64,000 nt of DNA from an uncultured Ignavibacteria bacterium (GTDB taxonomy: Bacteria; Bacteroidota; Ignavibacteria; Tepidaquicellales; OLB5): contig CAMTUP010000009.1 in the NCBI GenBank assembly GCA_947084945.1, forward strand, positions 334,963 through 398,962, written 5' to 3'. Below, piece after piece: positions 9,449-18,683 of the stretch. The translations under genes and the position numbers were made by a program. Within the stretch, counting starts at the first letter, position 1. Every line of letters starts with the position of its first letter. Under the pieces are notes generated by a model, which was not told where the DNA came from, searched no databases, and saw only the letters and a program-made list of their open reading frames with translations.

Positions 9449-11581
9449 TTATTTAGCAAATACCAGGTCTATCCACCTGTGTTCAGTATCAACTTTATTA
9501 ACTTTAACTTTTACTTTATCACCAATTCTGTACTTCTTCCTTCTGTGCCTGCCTACTATCTGGTAATTCTGTTGGTCTAAGATATAATAATCATCGTTCA
9601 TATCACGCAGTCTTACCATTCCTTCAATCATGCTTTCAATTATTTCTACATATATCCCATATTCTGATATTCCCGAAACAATTGCGTCAAATATCTTACC
9701 AACATTACTTTCCATATACTGACATTGCAATATCTTAATTGCTTCTCTTTCAGCATGCACAGCATTTATTTCCATTTCAGTTGATTTTTTGCAAATATCA
9801 GGCAACTCTTTTTGGTAGTAATGATGACGTTTCTGGTTCATACCATTTAATATTTCATATAATATCCTGTGAACGATAAGATCAGGGTAACGCCTTATTG
9901 GAGATGTAAAATGAGTATAATGGTCAAACCCAAGCCCGTAATGCCCAATATTTTCTTCAGAATAAATTGCCTTTGACATTGCCCTTATTGTGATATCATT
10001 TATCAAAAATTCTTCCGCTCTTCCTTCAATTTCCTGCAGCATTTTCTGTATTGAGCGCTTGTTTTCAGGATCAAGCCTGATTCCAAACTGCTTAACAAAC
10101 TGTGAAAGTTCTGCAATTCTTTTTTTATCGGGTAAATCGTGAATTCTGTAAATAAAAGGCGGTTTCTTTTTTTGTCTTTCAACAAATAGTGTAACACATT
10201 TATTAGCTGTAAGCATAAAATCCTCAATCAGCTTCATTGATTCAAGCTGTTCTTTGGGTTTAATGCTTTTTATCAGCCCGTTTTCAATTTCAGCTTTTAC
10301 TTCGGTTGATTCAAAATCAAGACTACCCTCATCAAGTCTTCTCTTAAACAGGATTTTGTGAAGCTCATTCATTTCGTTCAGCTTATCAAGGAATTTCCCT
10401 TCCTGCTTATCCAGAATGTCTTGAACTTCCTCATAGGTAAATCTTTTTTTGCTGTTTATGATCGATTTACATACATCATACTTGATTACATTTCCCTTAT
10501 TATCAATTTCAATAAAACATGAAAACACCAGGCGGTCAACTTTTTCCTTTAATGAGCAAATGTCATTAGAAAGCTTCTCGGGCAGCATGGGTACAACATC
10601 ATTCATCAGATAGACACTTGTTCCCCTTGCAAATGCTTCTTCGTCCAGTATAGAACCTTCCTTAACATAATGGCTTACATCAGCAATATGAACACCAAGA
10701 TAATAATTACCATTATCCATTATATCCAAAGAAATTGCATCATCAAAATCTTTAGCATCAACAGGATCAATTGTAAATATCAGTTCTTTCCTTAGATCTT
10801 TTCTTTTCTTAATTTCATCTTTTGATATTTCAAAAAATCCATCATCTTCAAGCTGTTTTAATTCATCCTTTACGGGTTTTGGAAATGTTTTAGTAAGTCC
10901 GTATTTTTTTATAAGTGCCTTAAACTCAGTTGTAACATCACCTGCTTTACCGAATATCTGTACTATTTTCCCTTCAGGTGAAAGATCCTGGAATTCCCAG
11001 TTCACTATTTCGCAAATAACTTTATCACCATTCACAGCTCCCTTTAAAGAATTCTTAGGAATGAAAATATCTTTCCTGAATTTTCTGTCATCAGGTATCA
11101 CAAAAGCATACTCCTGTCCTTTTGAACTGAATACAAGCTTGCCAACTATACTGTGCTTTTCTCTTTTAATGATATTTTCAACAATAGCCTCACGTTCTTT
11201 AGTATCTGCATATTCGATTATAGTAACTTCAACTTTATCGCCTTTTAATGCAGTAAGCAGATTTTTCTTTTTTATTGGAAGTATTATTGTTCCGTTTTCA
11301 GTTGAAATCTCTGCTGCATAATCATTCTTTTTATCCAGAATTATTATGCCTTCATAAAATGTAGTGCGGCTGTTATATTCATAATACTTGCCGTTTTTTT
11401 GAAGCTCACCATCTTTTACAAGTTCAGCAAGTATAACCCTTATTTCAGCCTTAAGTGAATTGTTTACCTTTAGCTTGTTAAACAGCATATTGAATTTTAT
11501 TGAAAGCGATGGGGTATGCTTAAACAATCCCATTATTTGCTGCTTCAGTCCGCCAAGGCGGAGTAATTTATTTTTAACCAC
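9449..11581 (-). CDS. rnr: Ribonuclease R
   Basis: RNB catalytic motif FTIDPVDAKDFDDAISL, N-terminal cold-shock-like region and C-terminal S1 domain (GKIFDAIVSGISEYGIYVEI). Confidence 0.9.
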   Translation of the reverse strand: MVKNKLLRLGGLKQQIMGLFKHTPSLSIKFNMLFNKLKVNNSLKAEIRVILAELVKDGELQKNGKYYEYNSRTTFYEGIIILDKKNDYAAEISTENGTIILPIKKKNLLTALKGDKVEVTIIEYADTKEREAIVENIIKREKHSIVGKLVFSSKGQEYAFVIPDDRKFRKDIFIPKNSLKGAVNGDKVICEIVNWEFQDLSPEGKIVQIFGKAGDVTTEFKALIKKYGLTKTFPKPVKDELKQLEDDGFFEISKDEIKKRKDLRKELIFTIDPVDAKDFDDAISLDIMDNGNYYLGVHIADVSHYVKEGSILDEEAFARGTSVYLMNDVVPMLPEKLSNDICSLKEKVDRLVFSCFIEIDNKGNVIKYDVCKSIINSKKRFTYEEVQDILDKQEGKFLDKLNEMNELHKILFKRRLDEGSLDFESTEVKAEIENGLIKSIKPKEQLESMKLIEDFMLTANKCVTLFVERQKKKPPFIYRIHDLPDKKRIAELSQFVKQFGIRLDPENKRSIQKMLQEIEGRAEEFLINDITIRAMSKAIYSEENIGHYGLGFDHYTHFTSPIRRYPDLIVHRILYEILNGMNQKRHHYYQKELPDICKKSTEMEINAVHAEREAIKILQCQYMESNVGKIFDAIVSGISEYGIYVEIIESMIEGMVRLRDMNDDYYILDQQNYQIVGRHRRKKYRIGDKVKVKVNKVDTEHRWIDLVFAK

Positions 11582-11627
11582 TTTTTTGATATTAAAATTA
11601 GTGCTGATAAAATTAGTGTTAATAAGA

Positions 11628-14600
11628 CTAGTAGCGTATCTTGTATGTTAAGCCTGCTCTTGTTTCAAAGCCTGCATCATTGTTGTATAATGTATTTGAG
11701 TAAGTCCTTGAAATTTGGATAAGTAGATTATTTGATACATTAATGTTCAGGAGTTTATTTAATGGGTACTCTAAACTTACCTCAAGATTATTGATATTAG
11801 AAAGTATTTTACCCCCAAATTTCACAATTGCATCGCCAAATGCTGAGGTAATCTTAATATCCGTACTGCTTAAATTACCGCCGTAATAGATTACTTCAGT
11901 ATTAACAATAAACGGCGCAATACTTCTTAAAGCTTCAAACAAAAGTGATGAAGCTAAGCCTGAACCGAAAGTATTTCCCAAATTACTTAATGCTGTAGAA
12001 CCTATACCTGAAGCATTTATGGGACTTCCAAACAACAAATATGATATAGCGTCTGCCTGAGCTTTGGAACCGGTTACTCTGACACCATCATCACTCTTTA
12101 AGGATAACGTGAGCTTAGGTGCATATCTGGTTCCGGAAATATCCAAATCAACGAACATGATCTCCTGCGTATTGCTTTCTGGAATTGTTCGGATATTTTT
12201 ATATTCAGCTTTAATATTTAATTCGGGATTATTGTAATCGCCGTTAAAATCAAGATAACTATCATTGATAGAGAAATTTTTATAGAACCTGTAATATGAA
12301 TCACCAACAATATTCAATCTTCCAAACAACTGAAACCTTCTATCCGGAGTTTTATTATCAAGTTTTAAGTTCCCAATGAATTCACCATTTAATTCTTCAC
12401 GAGTCAGGCTGTTCATGTTTACATTGACCAATATATTCTTTTCCATCTTTATATCCAGGTCATACGTGATATAATCAGCAACAGTTGGTTCCCGGGATTC
12501 AAGTATATAATTATATCTCAAAAACGGATCTAGATTTCGAACTTCTTCCTGTGAAACTGTTATTATTGTATCAAGGTAATTGTTTCCCGAAGGGTCTGTA
12601 AGTATTCTGTAAGTAAAATCATCTGAGTAAACATCATATGCTAAACTTGATATTGTAGGGAAAAATAGCTTTGCGTTTTTTATTACCAATTGCCCTGAAA
12701 CAAGAAGATTTCTGAGATTTCCTTTTATTCGTATCGGAGGGTCTCCGATACCACCCAGCATTTCTCCATAAAAACCAAACCTGTTCTGAATAGAAGAACC
12801 ATCAAGGAAATACATATCACCGCTTGTAGTAAGATCAATATCATTAACACTTAATCCGGCAAAATTAATTTTTCCAAATACATCAATGTGGCGTGCATGG
12901 TCTCTATCATTATAGATTGAGAACTTTTCAATGATAAGGTCAGATTTATCAGTCTTCAGGCTGGTTTCAAACCTGTAATATAATCCATTCCATGTGAAGA
13001 ACATTCTTCCGCGTGTTATATTTGCATTCCCCGAAAGAATAGGGTCAGCAATTGTACCCATAGCTGTAATTTCACCATCAAGGAAACCTCTTAAATCAGT
13101 GAAATTAGGAATAGCTTTGGAAAAGAAGTTTATCTGAAAATTTGTTGCTTTTAGGTTTAGGTCAAGAGGACTTGTAAGTACACTCATATATGTTGCACTA
13201 TCGGGAGTTATAAGCGGATTATTAAACGGAACATTTCCGGTAAGTCTAAGTTTTCCTTGCCCCTGTGCATTACTCATTAATACATCAGTTGAAAGATTAT
13301 TATTGGCATAATCGATAAATGCATCTACCCTGCCAACTTTATTATTATCGTACCGTAAAAGACTTGTGTTCATTTCCACTCCAAGCCTTGGATTATCCAA
13401 CTTTCCTTGAAAAGTAAACAAAATCCTTCTGATGCTTCCTTTAAACATTGATTCATAATCTGATAATTTTGTACTTTTACTATATAGAGCCTGCGGGTTA
13501 TACATCAACTCCATAATAGCCGGTATGCTTATATTTTTAGCTTCGGCATAAATATCGCTTGAATCGTTGAATGAATATGAGCCGCCAATATTTAAATTTA
13601 TATAATCACCTGAAATTTTAAATCTATCAAAATATATCCGTTGATTTCCAGAATATGGATGATAACTTACCAAAAGTGTATCACTATTAAAAACATCTAC
13701 CCTGTTATAACTTGCAAAAAGGGTATCTACTTTTAAAGTTATTGAATCTGATGCCAGATCAATATTTCCGGCTATATCTATCTTAATCATTGAATCCTGT
13801 GTAGCATTCACAGAAAAATATTGTGAGGCATTGTTTAACTTAAAGACTGTCTTAACACTGTCATAGATTCTTGTACCCAAACGCATTGTATCAGCAGAAA
13901 AGGTTATCAATGAATTGAAAGAACTGAAATCACCCTTTTGGGCATTTTTGTAATTTTGATAACTGTTAATATGTTTAAATTCAGCATTTGCGTTACCCAG
14001 TAAAAATACAGTATCTTTATATGCAAAATTTTTAATACTAACTGATGTATAGCCGTTAAATCCGTTCTGGGAATTTTTTATACTTCCCTTTATACTGCCA
14101 TCAAAATACATATCGCTAAGGAAAAACATTTTTGAGATTGCTTCGGGATCTTTCGTTTTAAGATCGTAAGTGAAGTCCATATCAGATGTAACTATTCTAG
14201 TAGTCTGTGCAGGCATTAGAGTATCAAGACGGAATTTCTTAGCAATTTCGTTCTGTATCATTACTACATTGCTTGCAACAACTTCACCAATTTCAGCAAT
14301 TTTAAAATTTCCTTTGGCATTAAAATCTATAAGGTTAGAACTTAACGTAATATAATCATTTGTTCCGCTTGTCGAGATTTTCAGGTCAATTGGCGTAGCA
14401 AGAAAATCATAATTTCCGTAATATGAATTTGCGAGATTAATATTATATGTACCTTCAAGCCCTTCAGGAGAAATTCCTCTGCCATTAAGAACAAATGCAA
14501 ATGTTAAATTACTTTTATCATTAGAATTTTTTGTATAAGTTGAAATATCAAGATTCCGAACCTCGCCTTTTAGTGAATAGACAGGGTTTTTAAAATCTTT

Positions 14601-16190
14601 TATGTTTACATTACCTTTTACCGCTGCATCAAATTTACCAGATGCATACAGTACATCCATTTCAATATTATAACTTCTCAGGTTTAAAATCCCCTGAGAC
14701 TTATCAATTTTCTGCTCTAATAGTTTTGTATCTCTTAATTCATATTTTAGAGTTGTATTTATGTTTGCCAGGTCAAAACCTGTTCCAACAGCTTCAACGT
14801 GCCCATTGATGCTGCTTTCCAGCTCCTTGTTCTTAATTACTTTTCCTATGTTTCCGTTTGTTACATCAACAGAGGTATTATACCTGAAATTAGGTACTTT
14901 TAAGTTCATACTAAAAAAACCTTTTGCATTACCAACTGATGATTGAACATCGAAAGTGGTTTCAAAATCAAGCGGTTCACCCTTATATGATATACTTCCG
15001 GTTACAACACCAACATGAGTGTAATCCGGTATTGGCAGACCCGGAGTATATCGTTTTGTATCCACAGGATCAATTCTGAATTCATAACTTTTCACATCAA
15101 ACCATAGATTCTCAGGGTCAATTAAATTTAACATTCTTCCAGAAAATCCCATGTTAGTATTCGGTGTTTCAATCCTGCATTTTTCAATTATTATATCATC
15201 AAACTTTCCTTTTGCCTTAAGCTCAAAGAAAAGATTTCCGTTAAGAAAATCAACTGCCGGCAAAAATGCTTTTAGATCATCAAAATCAAAATTCTTGCCA
15301 ACCAGACTTAATCGCATATCTTTACCTTTAAATGATGGCAGTCCATCTACATTCATAAGATCAAGCTTATCAATAAAAACATAATCCATCTGCACCCAGC
15401 TTCGAGATGTTTCTATATTAAGTTTGTTTATTTCTGCCCTGGATTTTGATATATAAAAATCACCCGATAATCCTTTTAGAGCAAACCCAAAATTGGAATT
15501 GAATCCAAGATGATCAATCCAAAGCTGAATAGCATTTTTATCAAATTGCGCTCGTGTTTCAAGTGTAAGTGAGCTTATCTTTAGATTATCCGTATTAAAA
15601 TTCGTGGAGTTTTGGATGATAATATCTTTTATGGGAATATCCTTTGGTTTTACACCAAGCATAGTGAAATTAAGGTTCTCCACTCTTAGCCTTTTAACAT
15701 TAATTTTCCAGTCAAACCCTGAAGTATCTTTTGTTGTGTCTTCAGATGAAAAAAGGTAAGCAAAATTAAACAATGAATCACCGTTATCACCCGGTATTCT
15801 AACAAAATTTATAGCCGGATTGTTAATGACTGCTTCTGTAACTTCTACAGTTTTATTCATCAATCCAAATATATCAAAGTTAAGTTTAACTCTGTCAACT
15901 TTTATCATCTCATCCTGTTTTACAGTAAGTAAAACGTCATTTACAATAATTTCACTGAAAAAATTGCCCTCAAGCTCTCCAATAGTTATTATTGAGTGCT
16001 TATTGGCAAAATTCTCATTCAGCATATCAACCAAATAATCTTTTACAAATCCTCTGAAAAATGATGTCTGCGTTATTGATACTAACAAGGTTAAGAAAAG
16101 GAGTAAAATTGAAAAAATGAGTATAAGTGAAGAAAATAATCTATATTTCTTCTTTGGTTTTGGTGTTTCTATTTTTTTTTCTTCAGCCAA
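11628..16190 (-). CDS. tamB: Translocation and assembly module protein TamB-like (DUF490)
   Basis: 1520 aa with a single N-terminal membrane anchor, a very long beta-rich repetitive body and a C-terminus ending in beta-strand GLTYKIRY. Confidence 0.7.
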   Translation of the reverse strand: MAEEKKIETPKPKKKYRLFSSLILIFSILLLFLTLLVSITQTSFFRGFVKDYLVDMLNENFANKHSIITIGELEGNFFSEIIVNDVLLTVKQDEMIKVDRVKLNFDIFGLMNKTVEVTEAVINNPAINFVRIPGDNGDSLFNFAYLFSSEDTTKDTSGFDWKINVKRLRVENLNFTMLGVKPKDIPIKDIIIQNSTNFNTDNLKISSLTLETRAQFDKNAIQLWIDHLGFNSNFGFALKGLSGDFYISKSRAEINKLNIETSRSWVQMDYVFIDKLDLMNVDGLPSFKGKDMRLSLVGKNFDFDDLKAFLPAVDFLNGNLFFELKAKGKFDDIIIEKCRIETPNTNMGFSGRMLNLIDPENLWFDVKSYEFRIDPVDTKRYTPGLPIPDYTHVGVVTGSISYKGEPLDFETTFDVQSSVGNAKGFFSMNLKVPNFRYNTSVDVTNGNIGKVIKNKELESSINGHVEAVGTGFDLANINTTLKYELRDTKLLEQKIDKSQGILNLRSYNIEMDVLYASGKFDAAVKGNVNIKDFKNPVYSLKGEVRNLDISTYTKNSNDKSNLTFAFVLNGRGISPEGLEGTYNINLANSYYGNYDFLATPIDLKISTSGTNDYITLSSNLIDFNAKGNFKIAEIGEVVASNVVMIQNEIAKKFRLDTLMPAQTTRIVTSDMDFTYDLKTKDPEAISKMFFLSDMYFDGSIKGSIKNSQNGFNGYTSVSIKNFAYKDTVFLLGNANAEFKHINSYQNYKNAQKGDFSSFNSLITFSADTMRLGTRIYDSVKTVFKLNNASQYFSVNATQDSMIKIDIAGNIDLASDSITLKVDTLFASYNRVDVFNSDTLLVSYHPYSGNQRIYFDRFKISGDYINLNIGGSYSFNDSSDIYAEAKNISIPAIMELMYNPQALYSKSTKLSDYESMFKGSIRRILFTFQGKLDNPRLGVEMNTSLLRYDNNKVGRVDAFIDYANNNLSTDVLMSNAQGQGKLRLTGNVPFNNPLITPDSATYMSVLTSPLDLNLKATNFQINFFSKAIPNFTDLRGFLDGEITAMGTIADPILSGNANITRGRMFFTWNGLYYRFETSLKTDKSDLIIEKFSIYNDRDHARHIDVFGKINFAGLSVNDIDLTTSGDMYFLDGSSIQNRFGFYGEMLGGIGDPPIRIKGNLRNLLVSGQLVIKNAKLFFPTISSLAYDVYSDDFTYRILTDPSGNNYLDTIITVSQEEVRNLDPFLRYNYILESREPTVADYITYDLDIKMEKNILVNVNMNSLTREELNGEFIGNLKLDNKTPDRRFQLFGRLNIVGDSYYRFYKNFSINDSYLDFNGDYNNPELNIKAEYKNIRTIPESNTQEIMFVDLDISGTRYAPKLTLSLKSDDGVRVTGSKAQADAISYLLFGSPINASGIGSTALSNLGNTFGSGLASSLLFEALRSIAPFIVNTEVIYYGGNLSSTDIKITSAFGDAIVKFGGKILSNINNLEVSLEYPLNKLLNINVSNNLLIQISRTYSNTLYNNDAGFETRAGLTYKIRY

Positions 16191-16195
16191 ATAAT

Positions 16196-16675
16196 TTACT
16201 TAGTGTAAAGCTGAATTACTTTATCAATGATATTTGTTGATGAATTATTTTCAACAAATTTGATGCGTTTTATTTCTCCACCATTTTGTTTTACTATATC
16301 AGAACCAACTATCTTATCTTCAGCCCAGTCAGCACCTTTTACCAATATATCAGGAAGAATTTTTTTTATAGTATAATACGGAGTATCTTCTTTGAATATT
16401 ACAACGTAATCTACAGGTTTTAAGTTTGCAAGAACATATGCACGATTATCTTCAGAAACTATGGGACGCTTATCGCCTTTTATCATTTTTACTGAGCTAT
16501 CTGAATTCAGCCCTACAATCAAAATATCACCAAGACTTTTGGCTTGGGTTAAATATTCAATGTGCCCTCTGTGTATAATATCAAATACCCCATTTGTAAA
16601 TACAATTTTTTTATTCTGAGCTTTTAACTCATTCACAAAGTTCAACTCATCACTAACACTATATATATTTTTCAA
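16196..16675 (-). CDS. hldC: D-glycero-beta-D-manno-heptose 1-phosphate adenylyltransferase (RfaE domain II as a stand-alone gene)
   Basis: Cytidylyltransferase motif FTNGVFDIIHRGHIEYL plus LIVGLNSDSSV...KGDKRP, which matches RfaE-II throughout. TTG start. Confidence 0.85.
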   Translation of the reverse strand: MKNIYSVSDELNFVNELKAQNKKIVFTNGVFDIIHRGHIEYLTQAKSLGDILIVGLNSDSSVKMIKGDKRPIVSEDNRAYVLANLKPVDYVVIFKEDTPYYTIKKILPDILVKGADWAEDKIVGSDIVKQNGGEIKRIKFVENNSSTNIIDKVIQLYTK

Positions 16676-16691
16676 TAATAATTTTTTAAAA

Positions 16692-16768
16692 GTTTTTCTG
16701 CCTTTTTACTTTTTATTTTTAACTTATTCTGTTTCTTCTTCACACGTTTCACGTTTGACATTTCACGT
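16692..16768 (-). repeat. T-rich / TTCACGT-type 3' element (copy 2) in the hldA-hldC spacer
   Basis: Contains tgcctttttactttt (16699-16713) and three cacgt(t) units (cacacgtttcacgtttgacatttcacgt) that abut and slightly overlap the hldA TGA stop. Confidence 0.35.
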
Positions 16769-17761
16769 ATTACTTTTATAAGAATCTATCAACGCCTGTT
16801 TATAAATTGGAATTATCCCAACTTCTTCGCATACAATTCCTGCTGCTTGATTTGCCAGCATAACTGCTTCAACAATACTTGCGCCACCTGCAAGCATAAC
16901 AGCAATAGTAGAAATAACAGTATCACCTGCACCCGAAACATCAGCAACTTTTCTGGCAATTGTAGGTATATTCAAAATAACAGTTTTATTTTTTTCCTTA
17001 TCAAATAACATCATTCCCTTTTCACCACGAGTTAATACAAGATATTCACAATTTAATTTATCTATAAGGATTCTACCTGCATCTTTAATTGATTCTTCTC
17101 CATCAATTTTCATTGCAAGAATATCTGCTGTTTCTTTTCTGTTCGGTTTAAATATTGTTACATCTTTGTATGCAAAAAAATTGCGGAATTTAGGGTCAAC
17201 GTAAACAGGTTTATGATTCTTTTTACTTACAGCTATTAACTCAGAGATTAATTCTTCTGTCAAAACCCCTTTATTGTAATCTTGTAAAATAACTGCCTCA
17301 AAACTTTTTACATTCTTTTTAAAAAATTCGAGTATTTTTTTCCTGGAAGTTGAAGATACATCCTCTGTAACTTCATTATCAACCCTTAGAACATGCTGTG
17401 AATGCGCAATTACTCTAGTTTTTGCAGTTGTGGGTCTACTAGTATCTTTTATTATACCTATTGTTGAAAGACCAAGCGAGCGCATTACATCAAGGTAATG
17501 TTTGGAATCATAATCATTTCCAATTACTCCAATCAGAATAGGTTCTGCATCCAGTGCTTTGATATTATTAGCAACATTTGCAGCCCCGCCAAGTTTATAC
17601 TCGGTATTATCAATATCTACAACAGGCACAGGCGCTTCAGGCGATATTCTTGAAATAGTGCCATACACATATTTATCCAGCATTACATCGCCAATAATAG
17701 CAATTTTTTTGCCTTTTGACTTCCTGAAAATGGATTTTAATTTTACTTCTGTAATATTCAA
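16763..17761 (-). CDS. hldA: D-glycero-beta-D-manno-heptose-7-phosphate kinase (RfaE domain I, PfkB family)
   Basis: PfkB sugar kinase signatures (IAIIGDVMLDKY, DVSGAGDT). It sits directly upstream of the adenylyltransferase gene. Confidence 0.85.
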   Translation of the reverse strand: MNITEVKLKSIFRKSKGKKIAIIGDVMLDKYVYGTISRISPEAPVPVVDIDNTEYKLGGAANVANNIKALDAEPILIGVIGNDYDSKHYLDVMRSLGLSTIGIIKDTSRPTTAKTRVIAHSQHVLRVDNEVTEDVSSTSRKKILEFFKKNVKSFEAVILQDYNKGVLTEELISELIAVSKKNHKPVYVDPKFRNFFAYKDVTIFKPNRKETADILAMKIDGEESIKDAGRILIDKLNCEYLVLTRGEKGMMLFDKEKNKTVILNIPTIARKVADVSGAGDTVISTIAVMLAGGASIVEAVMLANQAAGIVCEEVGIIPIYKQALIDSYKSNT

Positions 17762-17969
17762 ATTTAATTAAATGATTTTGCGAAAATGTATAGAATTAAT
17801 CAAATATAGGCTTTATTGATGGATTATTCAATTGAAAAGGGTAATATAAGCAATGATACCATCTTTCATCGTTTTGCTAAAAAATCAGATGAAAGTAAAA
17901 TATTAGCTAAATCGACTTTAACTTCTTCAATAAATTCTGATGACATGTTTTAAAATTAATTATAAAATT

Positions 17970-18389
17970 TTACTTTAAACAAACAATATTAATATTCTCT
18001 TCATTAATCGTTTTCAATTTAATGTCGTTTGTAATAAAATCGCAAATCAATCCTTTTGAACAAGCCAATTGAAGTGCATCCATGCTTTTCAAAAAGGGAT
18101 ACTTTGCCCTAAGTTGATATGCAAATTTTGCAATTTCTTCATTAATTTCTATCATATTAATTTCCAGTCTGTTTATCAAATCATGAAATGAGTTAATTAT
18201 ATCTTGTCTTCCTTCTCTTTCTGGTGTAATTCAAAATTCCATATATGTAATTACACTCGTATTAATTATTGCTCCTGAAGAGGCATAATCAACTATCAGA
18301 TTTTCTACAACAGAATAAAACATTGGATTATTTTCTATAAGGTAAATAAAAGGAGCTGTATCAATAAATACAAAATTAGAATTAGACAT
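17970..18389 (-). pseudogene. PIN-domain (VapC-like) toxin gene interrupted by an in-frame TGA at 18231..18233
   Basis: One reading frame runs from ATG 18389 to the stop at 17970: MSNSNFVFIDTAPF...ITYMEF*ITPEREG...SMDALQLA...FITNDIKL. All four PIN acidic positions are present. The ATG overlaps the antitoxin stop (GATGTCTAA). Confidence 0.75.
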
Positions 18390-18582
18390 CTTTTCTTAAT
18401 TCATTCACAAATTCTTCTACATCTTCCTTCCAAAGACCTTTTCCGATGCCTTTATATACAGAAAGAATTTTTTTAGCAGTCTCTGATTTTTTAACTTTTT
18501 TCAATAACTTTTGAATAAGAACTAAAAGTTCATCTGAATGTAAAGAGTCTGTTTCTTTCAATATTAAATCTATTTTAGTCAT
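18382..18582 (-). CDS. Putative type II antitoxin partner of the PIN gene
   Basis: Small ORF (start taken as MTKIDLIL...) whose stop overlaps the PIN start codon. The family was not recognised. Confidence 0.5.
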   Translation of the reverse strand: MTKIDLILKETDSLHSDELLVLIQKLLKKVKKSETAKKILSVYKGIGKGLWKEDVEEFVNELRKDV

Positions 18583-18683
18583 ATTAGTGATAAATATACG
18601 CTTATTTGATATATTAATCAATTTAATTTACCATATTTCTTTTCATTGAAACCCTGCCAATTTATGCGTATTTTTGTAATTCT

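Noticed and set aside
17880-17957. 26-codon minus-strand ORF (MSSEFIEEVKVDLANILLSSDFLAKR) just downstream of the PIN pseudogene.
   Set aside because: It is too short and has no recognisable family. It may be a remnant of another small gene, but this cannot be supported from the sequence alone.
18231-18233. Possibility that TGA is a sense codon (genome-wide recoding), which would explain the interrupted PIN gene.
   Set aside because: All long housekeeping ORFs are intact under the standard code. Several genes terminate at TGA exactly where homologues end (hldA at 16763-16765, the macro gene at 21041-21043, the antitoxin at 21265-21267).
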